Shown piece by piece: positions 8,116 to 19,021 of a stretch of DNA of 63,424 bases. The notes below the pieces were generated by a model. The model was not told the DNA's origin and did not search any database. It saw only the letters and a program-made list of their open reading frames with translations. The first letter of the stretch is position 1; each line of letters begins with the position of its first letter. Both the position numbers and the translations under genes were made by a program. This DNA comes from a virus (taxonomy: Duplodnaviria > Caudoviricetes): positions 1 through 63,424 of IMG/VR virus record IMGVR_UViG_3300028025_001987; one strand, written 5' to 3'.

Positions 8116-11100
8116 ATGTCAAAGATTAGTATATACGAAGTTGCTCCTGTACCTAAACTTGCCGACAAGCTAGTAGGTACAAGCGTAGGCGGAGAGCCTG
8201 AGGATATAACATATAACTTTACGTTAAGTGAGTTATTGAACTTATTCATCCCTAATATTCCGGGAAATACCTTACAAGGAGTATTGAATTTTGGTAATAC
8301 CGCAACTCAGAATATTAATCTTACAGGAATTATTACTACTACTACTTTAAATGTAGGTAGTACCGCTAATATATTAAACAGCAATTTAACGGGTCAAACT
8401 AAAATAACAGGCGGATTATATGATAGGTTAAACTCTATCGGTACTGCCGGGCAGGTATTAAGAAGTACAGGAACTCAAGTAGAGTGGTACAGCATTCCTA
8501 ATGTAATACCTACTTTACAACAAGTTCTTGCATCAGGCAATACTGCTGACATAAATGTTATTTTAACTTCTAATATTCAGGCTTTGACGGCTACTGCTAA
8601 TAATGTAGTATCTAATACAAGTTTGAGTGTTAATGGCACTTTAAAAGACAAAGACGCATCAGTTGGAACAGCAGGTCAATTACTATCTTCTACGGGAACA
8701 AAAGTTCAATGGGTAGATTTACCTGTTTATACGGCTACAAGTCCTTTAAGTATAAATAGTATTACTAGGAATATATCAATTCAACAAGCAAGCAGTACTC
8801 AAAATGGGTATTTATCAAGTGCAGATTGGATTACATTTGATGGAAAGCAGGGGGCAGTAAGTTTAACAACTGTTGGCTCAAGTGGACCTGCAACATTAGT
8901 TGGAAGTGTAATTAATGTTCCTAACTATACATTATCAGGTCTTGGCGGTGTACCATTAACAAGAACGCTTACAATTAATGGTGTTACTTATAATTTAGCA
9001 GCAGATAGGTCTTGGACGCTTGCTACAGGCGTTTCGTCTGTTACAGCAACAACTCCATTGTCTTCAACAGGAGGTGCTAATCCTAACATATCAATACAAC
9101 AATCAAGTAGTAGCTTAAGTGGATATCTTTCAAGTACTGATTGGTTGATGTTTAACGATAAGCAACCTGCAGGTAATTATATTACCTCATTAACAGGCGA
9201 AGCCACAGGTGCGGGTCCGGGAGCAGCATCAGTTACACTTAGCAATGCTGCTGTGATAGGTAAACTTTTAACAGGATTAAATATTACAGGAAGTGCAATA
9301 TCTTCTTCAGATAGTATTTTAACAGCTTTTGGTAAAGTACAGAATCAAATTAATGGATTAATTGGCGGTGTTCAATACCAAGGTGTATGGAATGCGGCTA
9401 CTAACACACCTGCTTTAGTAAGTAGTGTAGGTACGCAAGGATATTATTATATTGTAAGTGTAGCAGGTAATACCAACTTAAATGGTATTACTGATTGGCA
9501 AGTGGGCGATTGGGCAATATTTAATGGCTCTACGTGGAACAAAGTAGACAATACAGACTTAGTTACTTCTGTCAATGGACAGGTTGGAGCAGTAAGTCTT
9601 ACGACTGACAATATTCCGGAGGGAGCAACAAATTTATATTACTTAGACTCAAGAGCAAGAGCGGCACTTTCATTTGCTGCAGGTTCAGGAGCGTATAATA
9701 GTACAACAGGGGTAATTACAATACCAACTGACAATAATCAGATATTAAATGGAGCAGGATATATTACATTAGTTTCATTAAGTGCAACATCTCCGTTAAG
9801 TTATAACAATCTTACAGGAGCATTTTCTATTCAAGTAGCAAATACTACTCAGAATGGTTATTTAAGTAGTGCTGATTGGAACACGTTTAATGGTAAGCAA
9901 AATTACTTAAACGGTACGGGCTTAGTTAAGTCTGTTGCCGGTGTTATTTCATATATCACTGACAACTCAGCTAATTGGAATACAGCATACAATGATTCAA
10001 TTATAAGTGCTGCAGTTACGGGTACAGCAACAAAGACACTGACGCTTAACCAACAAGATGGTGGCACAATTACTGCAAGTTGGTCTGATATTGATACGGG
10101 ATTAACGTCAGTAGGTGTAAGTATGCCTGCTGCATTTAGTGTTGCAAACTCACCATTGACTTCAAATGGCACAATTGCCGTTACGGGAGCCGGTACAACA
10201 CTTCAGTATATTGATGGAACGGGAGCACTTAGAACATTCCCGGGATTAACAGGATACGTTCCTTATACAGGGGCAACTACCAATGTTGACCTTGGGGAGT
10301 TTGGCATTTCTGCAGGATACTTCCAAGCTGACTTGACACCAACAGGTGCATTGCAGGTTGGACGTATGCAGTGGAACTCTACCGATGGAACAATGGATTT
10401 AAGATTGATGGGTAACAATGTTACTCTTCAAATCGGACAGGAAATGGTTACAAGGGTAGTAAATAAATCAGGCATTGACTTACTTGAAGCAAATTATCAA
10501 GTTGTAAGAATAAGAAAAGTAGCAGAAGGTGGAGCACAAGGACAGCGTCTCGCTGTTGTCTTGGCTCAAGGTAATAATGAGAATAATAGTACTGAGGTAA
10601 TAGGTCTTGTTACTGAAACAATTAATAATAACCAAGAAGGATTTGTTACTTCTCTTGGTGAGGTTAAAAGTATTAACACAACCGGTTCTCTTCAAGGAGA
10701 AACTTGGGTAGATGGAGATATTCTTTATCTATCAAGCACAATTGCAGGTCAACTTACAAACGTAAGACCTGTTGCTCCTAATCACTCAGTAATTGTTGGA
10801 TATGTAGTATATGCTCACGCTAACAATGGTAAGATTTATATGGCAATTGATACGGGTTACGAACTCGGTGAATTGCACAACGTCTATGCTCCAAGTCCTA
10901 CAGCTAATCAAAGTATCTATTGGGATACTACTAATAGCAGATACCAATTAAATACTATTGGTGGCATATTAGGATACACTCCGGCAAATGCTGCAACAAC
11001 TATTTCAACTACTGCTCCATTACAAGGAGGAGGTGATTTGAGTGAAAACAGAACATTTAGCATTACACAATCAGGAGCGTCAACTAATGGATACCTTTCT

Positions 11101-14100
11101 TCTACAGATTGGAATACATTTAATGATAAGCAACCACTTATTACTGCAGGAACAACTTTGCAGTATTATAGAGGAGATAAAACTTTTCAAACATTAAATA
11201 CAACAGTTGTTCCTGAAGGAACAAATCTTTACTATTTAGATAGTAGAGCAAGAGCGGCTATTAGTTTAACAACTACAGGTTCGAGTGGTGCTGCTACATA
11301 TAATAGCACTACAGGTGTATTTAACATTCCTGATTACGGGTCTGCTTTAAGTGGATATGTACCAACGTCAAGGCAGTTAACCATTAATGGTACTGCATAC
11401 GACTTAAGTGCAGATAGAAGTTGGAGTGTGGGTACAGTTACATCAGTAGCTGCATTAACATTAGGAACAACAGGAACTGATTTAAGTTCAAGCGTGGCAA
11501 CAGGAACAACAACTCCTGTAATCACATTGAACGTACCTACAGCGAGTGCTGCTAATCGTGGTGCTTTAAGTGCTGCTGATTGGTCAACATTTAATACTAA
11601 GGTAGGTGGCGTAACAGCAAGTAGTCCATTAGCATCAAGCGGTGGTTCTACTCCAAACATTACAATTCAACAATCAAGTGGTAGTCAGGATGGATATTTA
11701 AGTTCAACTGATTGGACGACTTTTAATAGCAAACAAGTAGCCGGCAACTACATTACCTCATTAACGGGTGAGGCAACGGCTACAGGTCCGGGTGCTGCTG
11801 CAGTTACATTAAACAACGCATCAGTAACAGGAAAGGTTCTTACGGGAGTTAATATTACCGGAGGAACTGTTCAAGCGACTGATACAATGCTTACGGCATT
11901 TGGTAAGTTACAAAATCAAATCAATGGTTTGATTGGTAGTACCATTTATCAAGGCACTTGGAACGCAGCGACTAATACACCTGCTTTAGCGAGTGGTGTT
12001 GGCGTGCAAGGATATTACTACATTGTTTCAGTGGCAGGTACTACAAATCTTGATGGAATTACAGATTGGTTTGTGGGCGATTGGGCAATATTTAATGGAG
12101 GTGTATGGCAGCAGGTAGATAATACTGACGCTGTGGTAAGTGTGAACGGACAGACAGGTGCTGTTAGTTTAACTACTGACAATATTCCTGAAGGTGCGAC
12201 TAACCAATATTACTTAGATAGTAGAGCACGTGCGGCATTGTCATTTACGGCAGGTAGTGGTGCTTACAATAGCACTACAGGTATTATAACTATACCAACC
12301 AATACAAGTCAGCTAACCAATGGTGCTAACTTTATTACATTAGCTTCATTAAGCGGAACGGCTCCTATTGTGTATAGTAATATTACAGGTGCAATAAGCA
12401 TTACACAGTCAGGTACTGCAAGCGATGGATACCTTTCAAGTACTGATTGGAATACGTTTAATAATAAGCAAGCTACAATAACTTTAACAACTACGGGTAC
12501 GAGTGGTGCTGCTACTTTGGTAGGTGCTACTTTAAACATTCCTCAATATCAAAGTGCATTAACTAATCCGGTTACAGGTACAGGAAATGCTAACTATATA
12601 CCTAAATTTACAGGTACAAGTGCAATAGCAAATAGTGTTATATATGATAATAGTGGAAACATATTAATAGGAACCGGAAACATAACATCAGCACATAAAT
12701 TAACTGTTTATTCAGCAACGGCAACAGCACAAATTAGGGCAGCAGGTGCTGCTCCCGCAATTTTATTTACAAATACTGATACCAATACAAATAGCTATTC
12801 AGGTTATGTAGGTATAGCAACGGCAGTAAATAACTTTATGGCAGGCACTGCTGCAGGTGATATGGTGGTTCAAAACTATTCAGGTTATCCAATATTATTT
12901 GGAATTGGGAATATTATAAAGATGCGATTAGAAGCATCAGGACAGCTTGTATTGACCTCAACTATTAGTAATGGTACTTATACATATACACTTCCGGGTG
13001 CAACAGGCACTTTAGCCTTAACAAGTCAAATACCTTCTTTAACAGGTTATGTTCCATATACAGGAGCGACTACAAGTGTTGATTTAGGTGTTTATAATTT
13101 AACTTCTAATTTACAATATAATAAAGGTATAATAGTTAATAAATCAAGTACCACTGCTAATTCATTAAATATTGAAATTGCGGCATCTGCATCAATAAGT
13201 GGGGTTGGATATATTTCATTAACATCAATAGCAACTGATTCTTTAAGTGTATATTTTGGTGGCAGTACAAAAGTAGCTATATTATCAGGTTCTTCATTAA
13301 GTGCAAATAGAACTTACACTTTACCTGATACAAGTGGTACATTGGCTTTAGTTGGAGGTTCAGGCATTGGTACAGTTACATCAGTAGCAGCTTTAACAAT
13401 TGGAACAACAGGCACTGACTTGTCAAGTACAGTTGCTAATAGTACTACAACACCTGTAATTACATTAAATGTACCTACTGCATCGGCAGCTAATCGTGGT
13501 GCCTTAAGTGCCGCAGATTGGACTACGTTTAATAATAAGCAATCAGCTTTAACTAATCCGGTTACAGGGACAGGTACAGCGGGTTATGTTCCTAAATGGA
13601 CAAGTGGCAGTGCAATAGGAAATAGTATTTTACAAGATTCAGGTACAAGGCTTACAATGACAAGTGGGGATGGATTTCAAATATCAACAGGGTCTAGTGA
13701 TACAGTAGGTGCAGGTTCATTTATTGCTTTAACTAATGTTGGTGCAACAAATTGGCAATTACAACAAATGAATGCCGCTTATGGATTAGATTGGTGGACT
13801 TTAGCAAGTGGGGGTGGTTGGGAAAGAAGAATGGTTTTAACAAATCCCGGTAATTTAATTGTAGGAACTACTAATACATCAACAGGACATAGATTAACTG
13901 TTTATTCAGCAACTGAAACTGCACAATTTAGAGCAGCAGGTGCTGCCCCTGCAATTGCATTTACAAATACTGATACCAATACAAATAGCTATGTAGGTTA
14001 TTTGGGTATGGCAACAGCAGTAAATAATTTTATTACAGGAGCAGCAGCAGGTGACTTTGTTTTACATAACTATTCAGGTGGACCAATTTTATTTGGTATT

Positions 14101-16668
14101 AACAATAGTGAGAAAGTCCGAATAGCGTCATCAGGTCTTGCTACTTTTGTAGGAGCAATAAGTGCAGGAGGAAATATCACAGGTGCTTATATATTTGGAA
14201 GTTATTTCAATGCTTCTGCAGGTAACTCTGAAAACCCTACTATAGGTCAAATATGGACACAAAATACAACTGATAACTATTTAAGAAAATCAACACCTGC
14301 TCATTTTAGAAGTCAAGTTACAGATGGATATTATGTTCCTTCAACAAGTCAAACAACTTGGAATAGTTCTACAGTTATTGGTAATGTTGTAGGATTGTTA
14401 GCTTGGAAAAACTATGGTAATAATCACGTTATATTTGATGCATCTCAAAGCACTTCTCCAAGTGGAACAAGTGTAAATTCCACTAATCCTTCAAGTAATT
14501 GGGTTGCCTCCTACCCTACATTAATGGGATGGAATGGAGCAGGTACTTATGGTGTAAGAGTAGATAGTGCAAGAGTTTCTGATAATACAACAGGTAATGC
14601 TGCCACTGCAACAGCAGCACAGAACTCTTCATTTTTAACTCAAGCTAATGCTACATGGGGTGGAAGAATACAATTAGGGGGGGATGGGGGTGGCGGTACT
14701 GCTTTAATTGCAGTGGTTCAATCTACCAATGGTAATTTACATATGGATGCAGGAAATGGTAATTCTATGTATTTAAATTATTATAATAATGGTATTATAT
14801 ATTTAAATGGAGCTACTTATAATATTAGTTCTAATGGTTCACAATATAATGGTAATGCTGCTTCAGCTACAACAACAACAGGTAATGCAGGCTCTGTCAC
14901 TTACTTGCCTAATAGAACTGATGCAGCCGCTTATCCGGTCCTTTGGGGAGCTGCTTATACAAATACTATAGGAACGATAGCATACTCTTGTGCTGCAGTT
15001 ACTATTCAATCTAGTACAGGTACATTACAAGCTACAAATTTATATGCTACTTTATTGGCTACTTCAAGAACAAGTGGTGATTATAGACAAGCTACACTTG
15101 GAACACTTACAGGAGCAGGGTTGTATGTTACAAATGTTTCAGCAGGTAATGCTTATGGTTTATTAGTAGGTAGTAGTTATACTTATGGTGATGTATGGTT
15201 ACAAGCAGGCAGAGCAGATGGAAATGCTACTCCTTATAATATATCATTAAATGCGTCAGGTGGTACTGTAACTGTTGGAACAGTAACACCACAATCAGGT
15301 TATGACTTAACTGTTAGTGGGGCAGGATATTTTTCAACTAATGTAACAGCAACTCGTTCTTATGCAGCTATGGCACCAACAGTATCAAATGGAAATTGGG
15401 TTACATCTTTTCAGGCTACACCTGTTTCTGCAATGGCTTGGGGTGGTGATGTATCAGCAGGTGGTCCTTTAGGTACTTGGTGGTTCCAAGTAAATATGCG
15501 TCATAGTAATGCATCAAATTATTGGGGAACTCAATTAGCTTATGGATGGGAAGATAATGCAAATGAGATTTATCAACGTAATGTAACGGGTGGTAGTTAT
15601 AGCGGATGGGTTAGGTATTTGAATAGTAATAATTACAATTTATTTGCTTTACCATTAACAGGTGGTAATTTAAGTGGTACACTTACTTTCTCACAACCTG
15701 TGGGTCTTGGTTTTGCAAATGGACAATACGTTAAAGATAATGGGAGTGGTGGTTTTGTTATATATGGTGCTGCATTAATACAACTTAATTCTAATGTACA
15801 AACCTCTAATTATATGCTGATTGGAGGTAATTACACAAATAATGCCTATAGTTCAGTAAGTTCTACTAGATTAATGTTTGGTGGTGGTGATGCTGACGCT
15901 CAAGGTAATTACTACATTGGTACAAATCTGAATAATTATGGTGGCAATTTTACTAAACTTGATTTAGCTTGGCACACAGGTATCCGTATGGGTGCACAAC
16001 CGTCATATGGTGGTATTCGTATGTTTAATACTGAAGATTTAAGTACACAAATATTTTCTGTAGGAGAAACTGATAATAATGTAAGAGTACCTTATAAATT
16101 AGCAGTAGGAACACAAACTACAACAAATCAAAATTTAACAGTATATAGTGCTACAGGAGCAGGTCAAGTTAGAATTGGAGGAGCAGCACCTACTATTTAT
16201 TTTACTAATGTACTAACCGACCCTGCTACTTATGTAGGATTATTAGGATTAGCAACATCTAGCAATAACTTTTTTACAGGAACGGCAGCAGGTGATTTTG
16301 TAATGTATAATTCATCTAGCGGATATAACTTATTTGTTGTAAATTTTAGCGGTGGTGTATATTTGACAAGTGGTGCTACATCTTGGACTGCTAACTCGGA
16401 TATTAGACTTAAAAACATAAATAGTCATATTGAGAACGCAGTTGAAAAATTATCTACCTTGCAGACCATAAACTTCTCTTATAAAGATGACAAGTTTAAA
16501 AAACAAAATCTTGGTTTAATAGCACAAGAGGTAGAAAAGATATTTCCTGAACTAATTGATAAAAATAATGATGGAATGTTAGGAGTAAGATATACAGAAT
16601 TGGTGCCTGTATTAATCAAAGCAATTCAAGAACTTAAATTAGAAATAGAAACTTTAAAAAATAAATAA
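8116..16668 (+). CDS. Giant tail fibre/adhesin with C-terminal peptidase S74 intramolecular chaperone
   Basis: Thr/Gly/Ser-rich repeats; C-terminal SDIRLKNI...GLIAQEVEKIFPEL...VRYTELVPVLIKAIQEL. Confidence 0.9.
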   Translation: MSKISIYEVAPVPKLADKLVGTSVGGEPEDITYNFTLSELLNLFIPNIPGNTLQGVLNFGNTATQNINLTGIITTTTLNVGSTANILNSNLTGQTKITGGLYDRLNSIGTAGQVLRSTGTQVEWYSIPNVIPTLQQVLASGNTADINVILTSNIQALTATANNVVSNTSLSVNGTLKDKDASVGTAGQLLSSTGTKVQWVDLPVYTATSPLSINSITRNISIQQASSTQNGYLSSADWITFDGKQGAVSLTTVGSSGPATLVGSVINVPNYTLSGLGGVPLTRTLTINGVTYNLAADRSWTLATGVSSVTATTPLSSTGGANPNISIQQSSSSLSGYLSSTDWLMFNDKQPAGNYITSLTGEATGAGPGAASVTLSNAAVIGKLLTGLNITGSAISSSDSILTAFGKVQNQINGLIGGVQYQGVWNAATNTPALVSSVGTQGYYYIVSVAGNTNLNGITDWQVGDWAIFNGSTWNKVDNTDLVTSVNGQVGAVSLTTDNIPEGATNLYYLDSRARAALSFAAGSGAYNSTTGVITIPTDNNQILNGAGYITLVSLSATSPLSYNNLTGAFSIQVANTTQNGYLSSADWNTFNGKQNYLNGTGLVKSVAGVISYITDNSANWNTAYNDSIISAAVTGTATKTLTLNQQDGGTITASWSDIDTGLTSVGVSMPAAFSVANSPLTSNGTIAVTGAGTTLQYIDGTGALRTFPGLTGYVPYTGATTNVDLGEFGISAGYFQADLTPTGALQVGRMQWNSTDGTMDLRLMGNNVTLQIGQEMVTRVVNKSGIDLLEANYQVVRIRKVAEGGAQGQRLAVVLAQGNNENNSTEVIGLVTETINNNQEGFVTSLGEVKSINTTGSLQGETWVDGDILYLSSTIAGQLTNVRPVAPNHSVIVGYVVYAHANNGKIYMAIDTGYELGELHNVYAPSPTANQSIYWDTTNSRYQLNTIGGILGYTPANAATTISTTAPLQGGGDLSENRTFSITQSGASTNGYLSSTDWNTFNDKQPLITAGTTLQYYRGDKTFQTLNTTVVPEGTNLYYLDSRARAAISLTTTGSSGAATYNSTTGVFNIPDYGSALSGYVPTSRQLTINGTAYDLSADRSWSVGTVTSVAALTLGTTGTDLSSSVATGTTTPVITLNVPTASAANRGALSAADWSTFNTKVGGVTASSPLASSGGSTPNITIQQSSGSQDGYLSSTDWTTFNSKQVAGNYITSLTGEATATGPGAAAVTLNNASVTGKVLTGVNITGGTVQATDTMLTAFGKLQNQINGLIGSTIYQGTWNAATNTPALASGVGVQGYYYIVSVAGTTNLDGITDWFVGDWAIFNGGVWQQVDNTDAVVSVNGQTGAVSLTTDNIPEGATNQYYLDSRARAALSFTAGSGAYNSTTGIITIPTNTSQLTNGANFITLASLSGTAPIVYSNITGAISITQSGTASDGYLSSTDWNTFNNKQATITLTTTGTSGAATLVGATLNIPQYQSALTNPVTGTGNANYIPKFTGTSAIANSVIYDNSGNILIGTGNITSAHKLTVYSATATAQIRAAGAAPAILFTNTDTNTNSYSGYVGIATAVNNFMAGTAAGDMVVQNYSGYPILFGIGNIIKMRLEASGQLVLTSTISNGTYTYTLPGATGTLALTSQIPSLTGYVPYTGATTSVDLGVYNLTSNLQYNKGIIVNKSSTTANSLNIEIAASASISGVGYISLTSIATDSLSVYFGGSTKVAILSGSSLSANRTYTLPDTSGTLALVGGSGIGTVTSVAALTIGTTGTDLSSTVANSTTTPVITLNVPTASAANRGALSAADWTTFNNKQSALTNPVTGTGTAGYVPKWTSGSAIGNSILQDSGTRLTMTSGDGFQISTGSSDTVGAGSFIALTNVGATNWQLQQMNAAYGLDWWTLASGGGWERRMVLTNPGNLIVGTTNTSTGHRLTVYSATETAQFRAAGAAPAIAFTNTDTNTNSYVGYLGMATAVNNFITGAAAGDFVLHNYSGGPILFGINNSEKVRIASSGLATFVGAISAGGNITGAYIFGSYFNASAGNSENPTIGQIWTQNTTDNYLRKSTPAHFRSQVTDGYYVPSTSQTTWNSSTVIGNVVGLLAWKNYGNNHVIFDASQSTSPSGTSVNSTNPSSNWVASYPTLMGWNGAGTYGVRVDSARVSDNTTGNAATATAAQNSSFLTQANATWGGRIQLGGDGGGGTALIAVVQSTNGNLHMDAGNGNSMYLNYYNNGIIYLNGATYNISSNGSQYNGNAASATTTTGNAGSVTYLPNRTDAAAYPVLWGAAYTNTIGTIAYSCAAVTIQSSTGTLQATNLYATLLATSRTSGDYRQATLGTLTGAGLYVTNVSAGNAYGLLVGSSYTYGDVWLQAGRADGNATPYNISLNASGGTVTVGTVTPQSGYDLTVSGAGYFSTNVTATRSYAAMAPTVSNGNWVTSFQATPVSAMAWGGDVSAGGPLGTWWFQVNMRHSNASNYWGTQLAYGWEDNANEIYQRNVTGGSYSGWVRYLNSNNYNLFALPLTGGNLSGTLTFSQPVGLGFANGQYVKDNGSGGFVIYGAALIQLNSNVQTSNYMLIGGNYTNNAYSSVSSTRLMFGGGDADAQGNYYIGTNLNNYGGNFTKLDLAWHTGIRMGAQPSYGGIRMFNTEDLSTQIFSVGETDNNVRVPYKLAVGTQTTTNQNLTVYSATGAGQVRIGGAAPTIYFTNVLTDPATYVGLLGLATSSNNFFTGTAAGDFVMYNSSSGYNLFVVNFSGGVYLTSGATSWTANSDIRLKNINSHIENAVEKLSTLQTINFSYKDDKFKKQNLGLIAQEVEKIFPELIDKNNDGMLGVRYTELVPVLIKAIQELKLEIETLKNK

Positions 16669-16669
16669 A

Positions 16670-16957
16670 ATGAAAGAAATTCAACCCGTAACAATGTGGA
16701 ATGGAGTAGAGGGAATCTACTTAAACGCTTGGGCAGTAAATGTAATTTTAGAAACAAGTGCAGTATTTAGTTATAATATCTTAAATGCTAGTCAGGAAAG
16801 ATTAGTATCGGGAGAATTGACTATGACAGGCGAAGCATACACCCAATGGACTATTGACCAATACGCTTGGGATTGGGTAGCTGAACAATTAAACCTTACA
16901 ATAATAGGAGATTATGTCCCACCTGTTATTGAAGAAATAAAATCAAGTAGTATTTAA
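16670..16957 (+). CDS. tail fibre-associated protein, paralogue 1
   Basis: Follows the fibre gene; similar to the 16977 product. Confidence 0.6.
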   Translation: MKEIQPVTMWNGVEGIYLNAWAVNVILETSAVFSYNILNASQERLVSGELTMTGEAYTQWTIDQYAWDWVAEQLNLTIIGDYVPPVIEEIKSSSI

Positions 16958-16976
16958 ACAATAAAATAAAATAAAA

Positions 16977-17294
16977 ATGGCAAAAACAATTCAACCCGTT
17001 TCCTCTTGGCAAAATGGCGAAGAGAAAGAAGCAACACAATTTGTATTAAGTTCTTCTTATGACAACTTATCCACAAGTGCAAACTTTCAGTATCAGTTAA
17101 ATGAGCTTATAACTCCTCCTCCTACTCCTCCTACTCCAATGCTTATGTATAATACATTGGTAAATGGTTCATTGACCATGTCAGGACAAGATTATTTGGA
17201 TTGGGATGCTGCTTCAGACGCAAATGAGTGGGCTTATACTTGGGCTGCAGGGAAGTTAAATCTTACAATTATTTCTGACGAAGTAGTTGCATAG
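16977..17294 (+). CDS. tail fibre-associated protein, paralogue 2
   Basis: IQPV..W.NG...G.LTM.G..Y..W...W.A..LNLTII shared with the 16670 product. Confidence 0.6.
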   Translation: MAKTIQPVSSWQNGEEKEATQFVLSSSYDNLSTSANFQYQLNELITPPPTPPTPMLMYNTLVNGSLTMSGQDYLDWDAASDANEWAYTWAAGKLNLTIISDEVVA

Positions 17295-17359
17295 TTCAAT
17301 AAATATTCATTACTTTTACATAACTATGCATAAGCATAGTTATATTAAAATTTAATCAA

Positions 17360-17761
17360 ATGGAAATCAAAAAAAAGTACAATCAATTAAACATTTTAGT
17401 CGCATCAATTAATGCGGTTATCGGGTCTCAAGAGACAAAAATTCAAAAGAAGTTATTCAAGTTGTACGAGAAGGTTAAACCTACTCACGAAAGTTATCAA
17501 TCCCAAGTGGAAGACTTAAGACTTGACAATGCTTCTACTGACGACAAAGACATTCTTTTATTAGATGACAAAGGTGGCTATAAGTTCACTAAAGATGGTG
17601 TTAAAAAACTAACTGCTCAAATTAAAGAATTGGGTGAAAAAGAGTTTGACTTTAAGCCTATTGATGTTATTAATGCAAAAGGTCTTGAAGTTTTTACATT
17701 TCTTGAAGATTGGACCGAAGGTATTGAGTTTATCAAAGATGAAGAAGAGGAGGAGTTATAA
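17360..17761 (+). CDS. hypothetical protein
   Basis: 133-aa ORF, AATCAAATG start. Confidence 0.65.
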   Translation: MEIKKKYNQLNILVASINAVIGSQETKIQKKLFKLYEKVKPTHESYQSQVEDLRLDNASTDDKDILLLDDKGGYKFTKDGVKKLTAQIKELGEKEFDFKPIDVINAKGLEVFTFLEDWTEGIEFIKDEEEEEL

Positions 17762-17988
17762 TGGACATTCGTAAAATATCAATAGGACCCGACTACAAAG
17801 GTGGTGCTATGCACTATATTGTAGGGCAGAAAATCCTTGGTGATACTAACGAAATTCATCTTATCAGGCTTAATCCTGAGAAAAAGTCTATCCAAATCTT
17901 TATTATAAATGAGAAGGCGGAGGTAGTGCTTTGGAAAGAGTTTACCTCCACCATTCCTATATCTATTGAATATAACATCAATATCTAA
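17761..17988 (+). CDS. conserved phage hypothetical protein
   Basis: IRKISIGPDYK..AMHY.VGQ, coupled start/stop. Confidence 0.65.
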   Translation: MDIRKISIGPDYKGGAMHYIVGQKILGDTNEIHLIRLNPEKKSIQIFIINEKAEVVLWKEFTSTIPISIEYNINI

Positions 17989-18551
17989 TGCAGTCTCCAT
18001 TCTATTTCATAGCCAAGCCGGTTAATGGAAGAAGATACGACAATACAAAAGAGATAGGAGGTATTGACTTTATTGTCAGCACTTCCGAGGAGGACCATAA
18101 GTTTTCCAACCGATTTGCAGAAGTCGTTGAACTTCCATTGGGTTACAACGGTCCTATCAGAGCAGGTGACACTTTACTTGTGCACCATAACGTATTCAAG
18201 TTTTATAACGATATGAAAGGTAGGCAGAAGAGTGGCAAGTCTTTTTTTAAAGACGACCTATTCTTTATTGAGACCGAGCAGTTCTATATGTATAAGCAAG
18301 ACTCCACGTGGAACGCTTACGATAGGTATTGCTTTATCAAACCCATTTCTGCTACAGAAAGCTATATCAAAAAACCATTTTCAGAGGAACCCCTTATGGG
18401 TATTATGAAGTACCCTAACGAGTACTTACTTGAGCGTGGTATCAAGGCAGGAGATATGGTATGTTTTAGCCCTGATAGTGAATACGAGTTTACGGTAGAT
18501 GATGAGAAATTATATAGGATGTATGACCACCAAATAACAATGAAATTATGA
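17988..18551 (+). CDS. GroES-like (tandem Cpn10-fold) protein
   Basis: Two repeats of the AEVV..P.......GD.(L/V).F/H...F pattern. Confidence 0.55.
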   Translation: MQSPFYFIAKPVNGRRYDNTKEIGGIDFIVSTSEEDHKFSNRFAEVVELPLGYNGPIRAGDTLLVHHNVFKFYNDMKGRQKSGKSFFKDDLFFIETEQFYMYKQDSTWNAYDRYCFIKPISATESYIKKPFSEEPLMGIMKYPNEYLLERGIKAGDMVCFSPDSEYEFTVDDEKLYRMYDHQITMKL

Positions 18552-19021
18552 ATCTAATCACATTCGACAATATTATCAAAAACCCATTATCATATGTGGA
18601 AGATATACACTTACACGGATTCCAAGACGTGGCAGACGGGGAGTACACTTTCAGAAATATTCAACCAAGGGATAGTAACGATGAGTTTGCCCTATACGTC
18701 ACTAATTTATTCTCTGATTACAAGATAGATTTAAACTTTATTCGTAAGTCACCACTTAATCAAGAAGAGCCAAATTTTGTACATACAGATGAAATGATGG
18801 GTGACATCACCTGTCTTTTGTATTTAAATGAGCAGGCTCCTGAGGATGATGGGACTACTATTTACGATGAAGACAAGAAACCACTGCTTACAATGTACTC
18901 TAAGTTCAATCGTATGATAGCTTTTAACTCAGACGCTCCACACTCGAGGAATTTATTCCATAATTTTGGAGAAGCACAAACTGCAAGGTTAGTTCAGATA
19001 ATATTTTTAAAGGCTAAATAA
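18548..19021 (+). CDS. 2OG-Fe(II) oxygenase-like protein
   Basis: HTD...LLYLN...GT..Y...KFNRMIAF...HS...RL.Q. Confidence 0.75.
   Translation: MNLITFDNIIKNPLSYVEDIHLHGFQDVADGEYTFRNIQPRDSNDEFALYVTNLFSDYKIDLNFIRKSPLNQEEPNFVHTDEMMGDITCLLYLNEQAPEDDGTTIYDEDKKPLLTMYSKFNRMIAFNSDAPHSRNLFHNFGEAQTARLVQIIFLKAK

Noticed and set aside
8116-16668. Diversity-generating retroelement acting on the fibre
   Set aside because: No reverse transcriptase; repeats are in-frame and not adenine-specific variants
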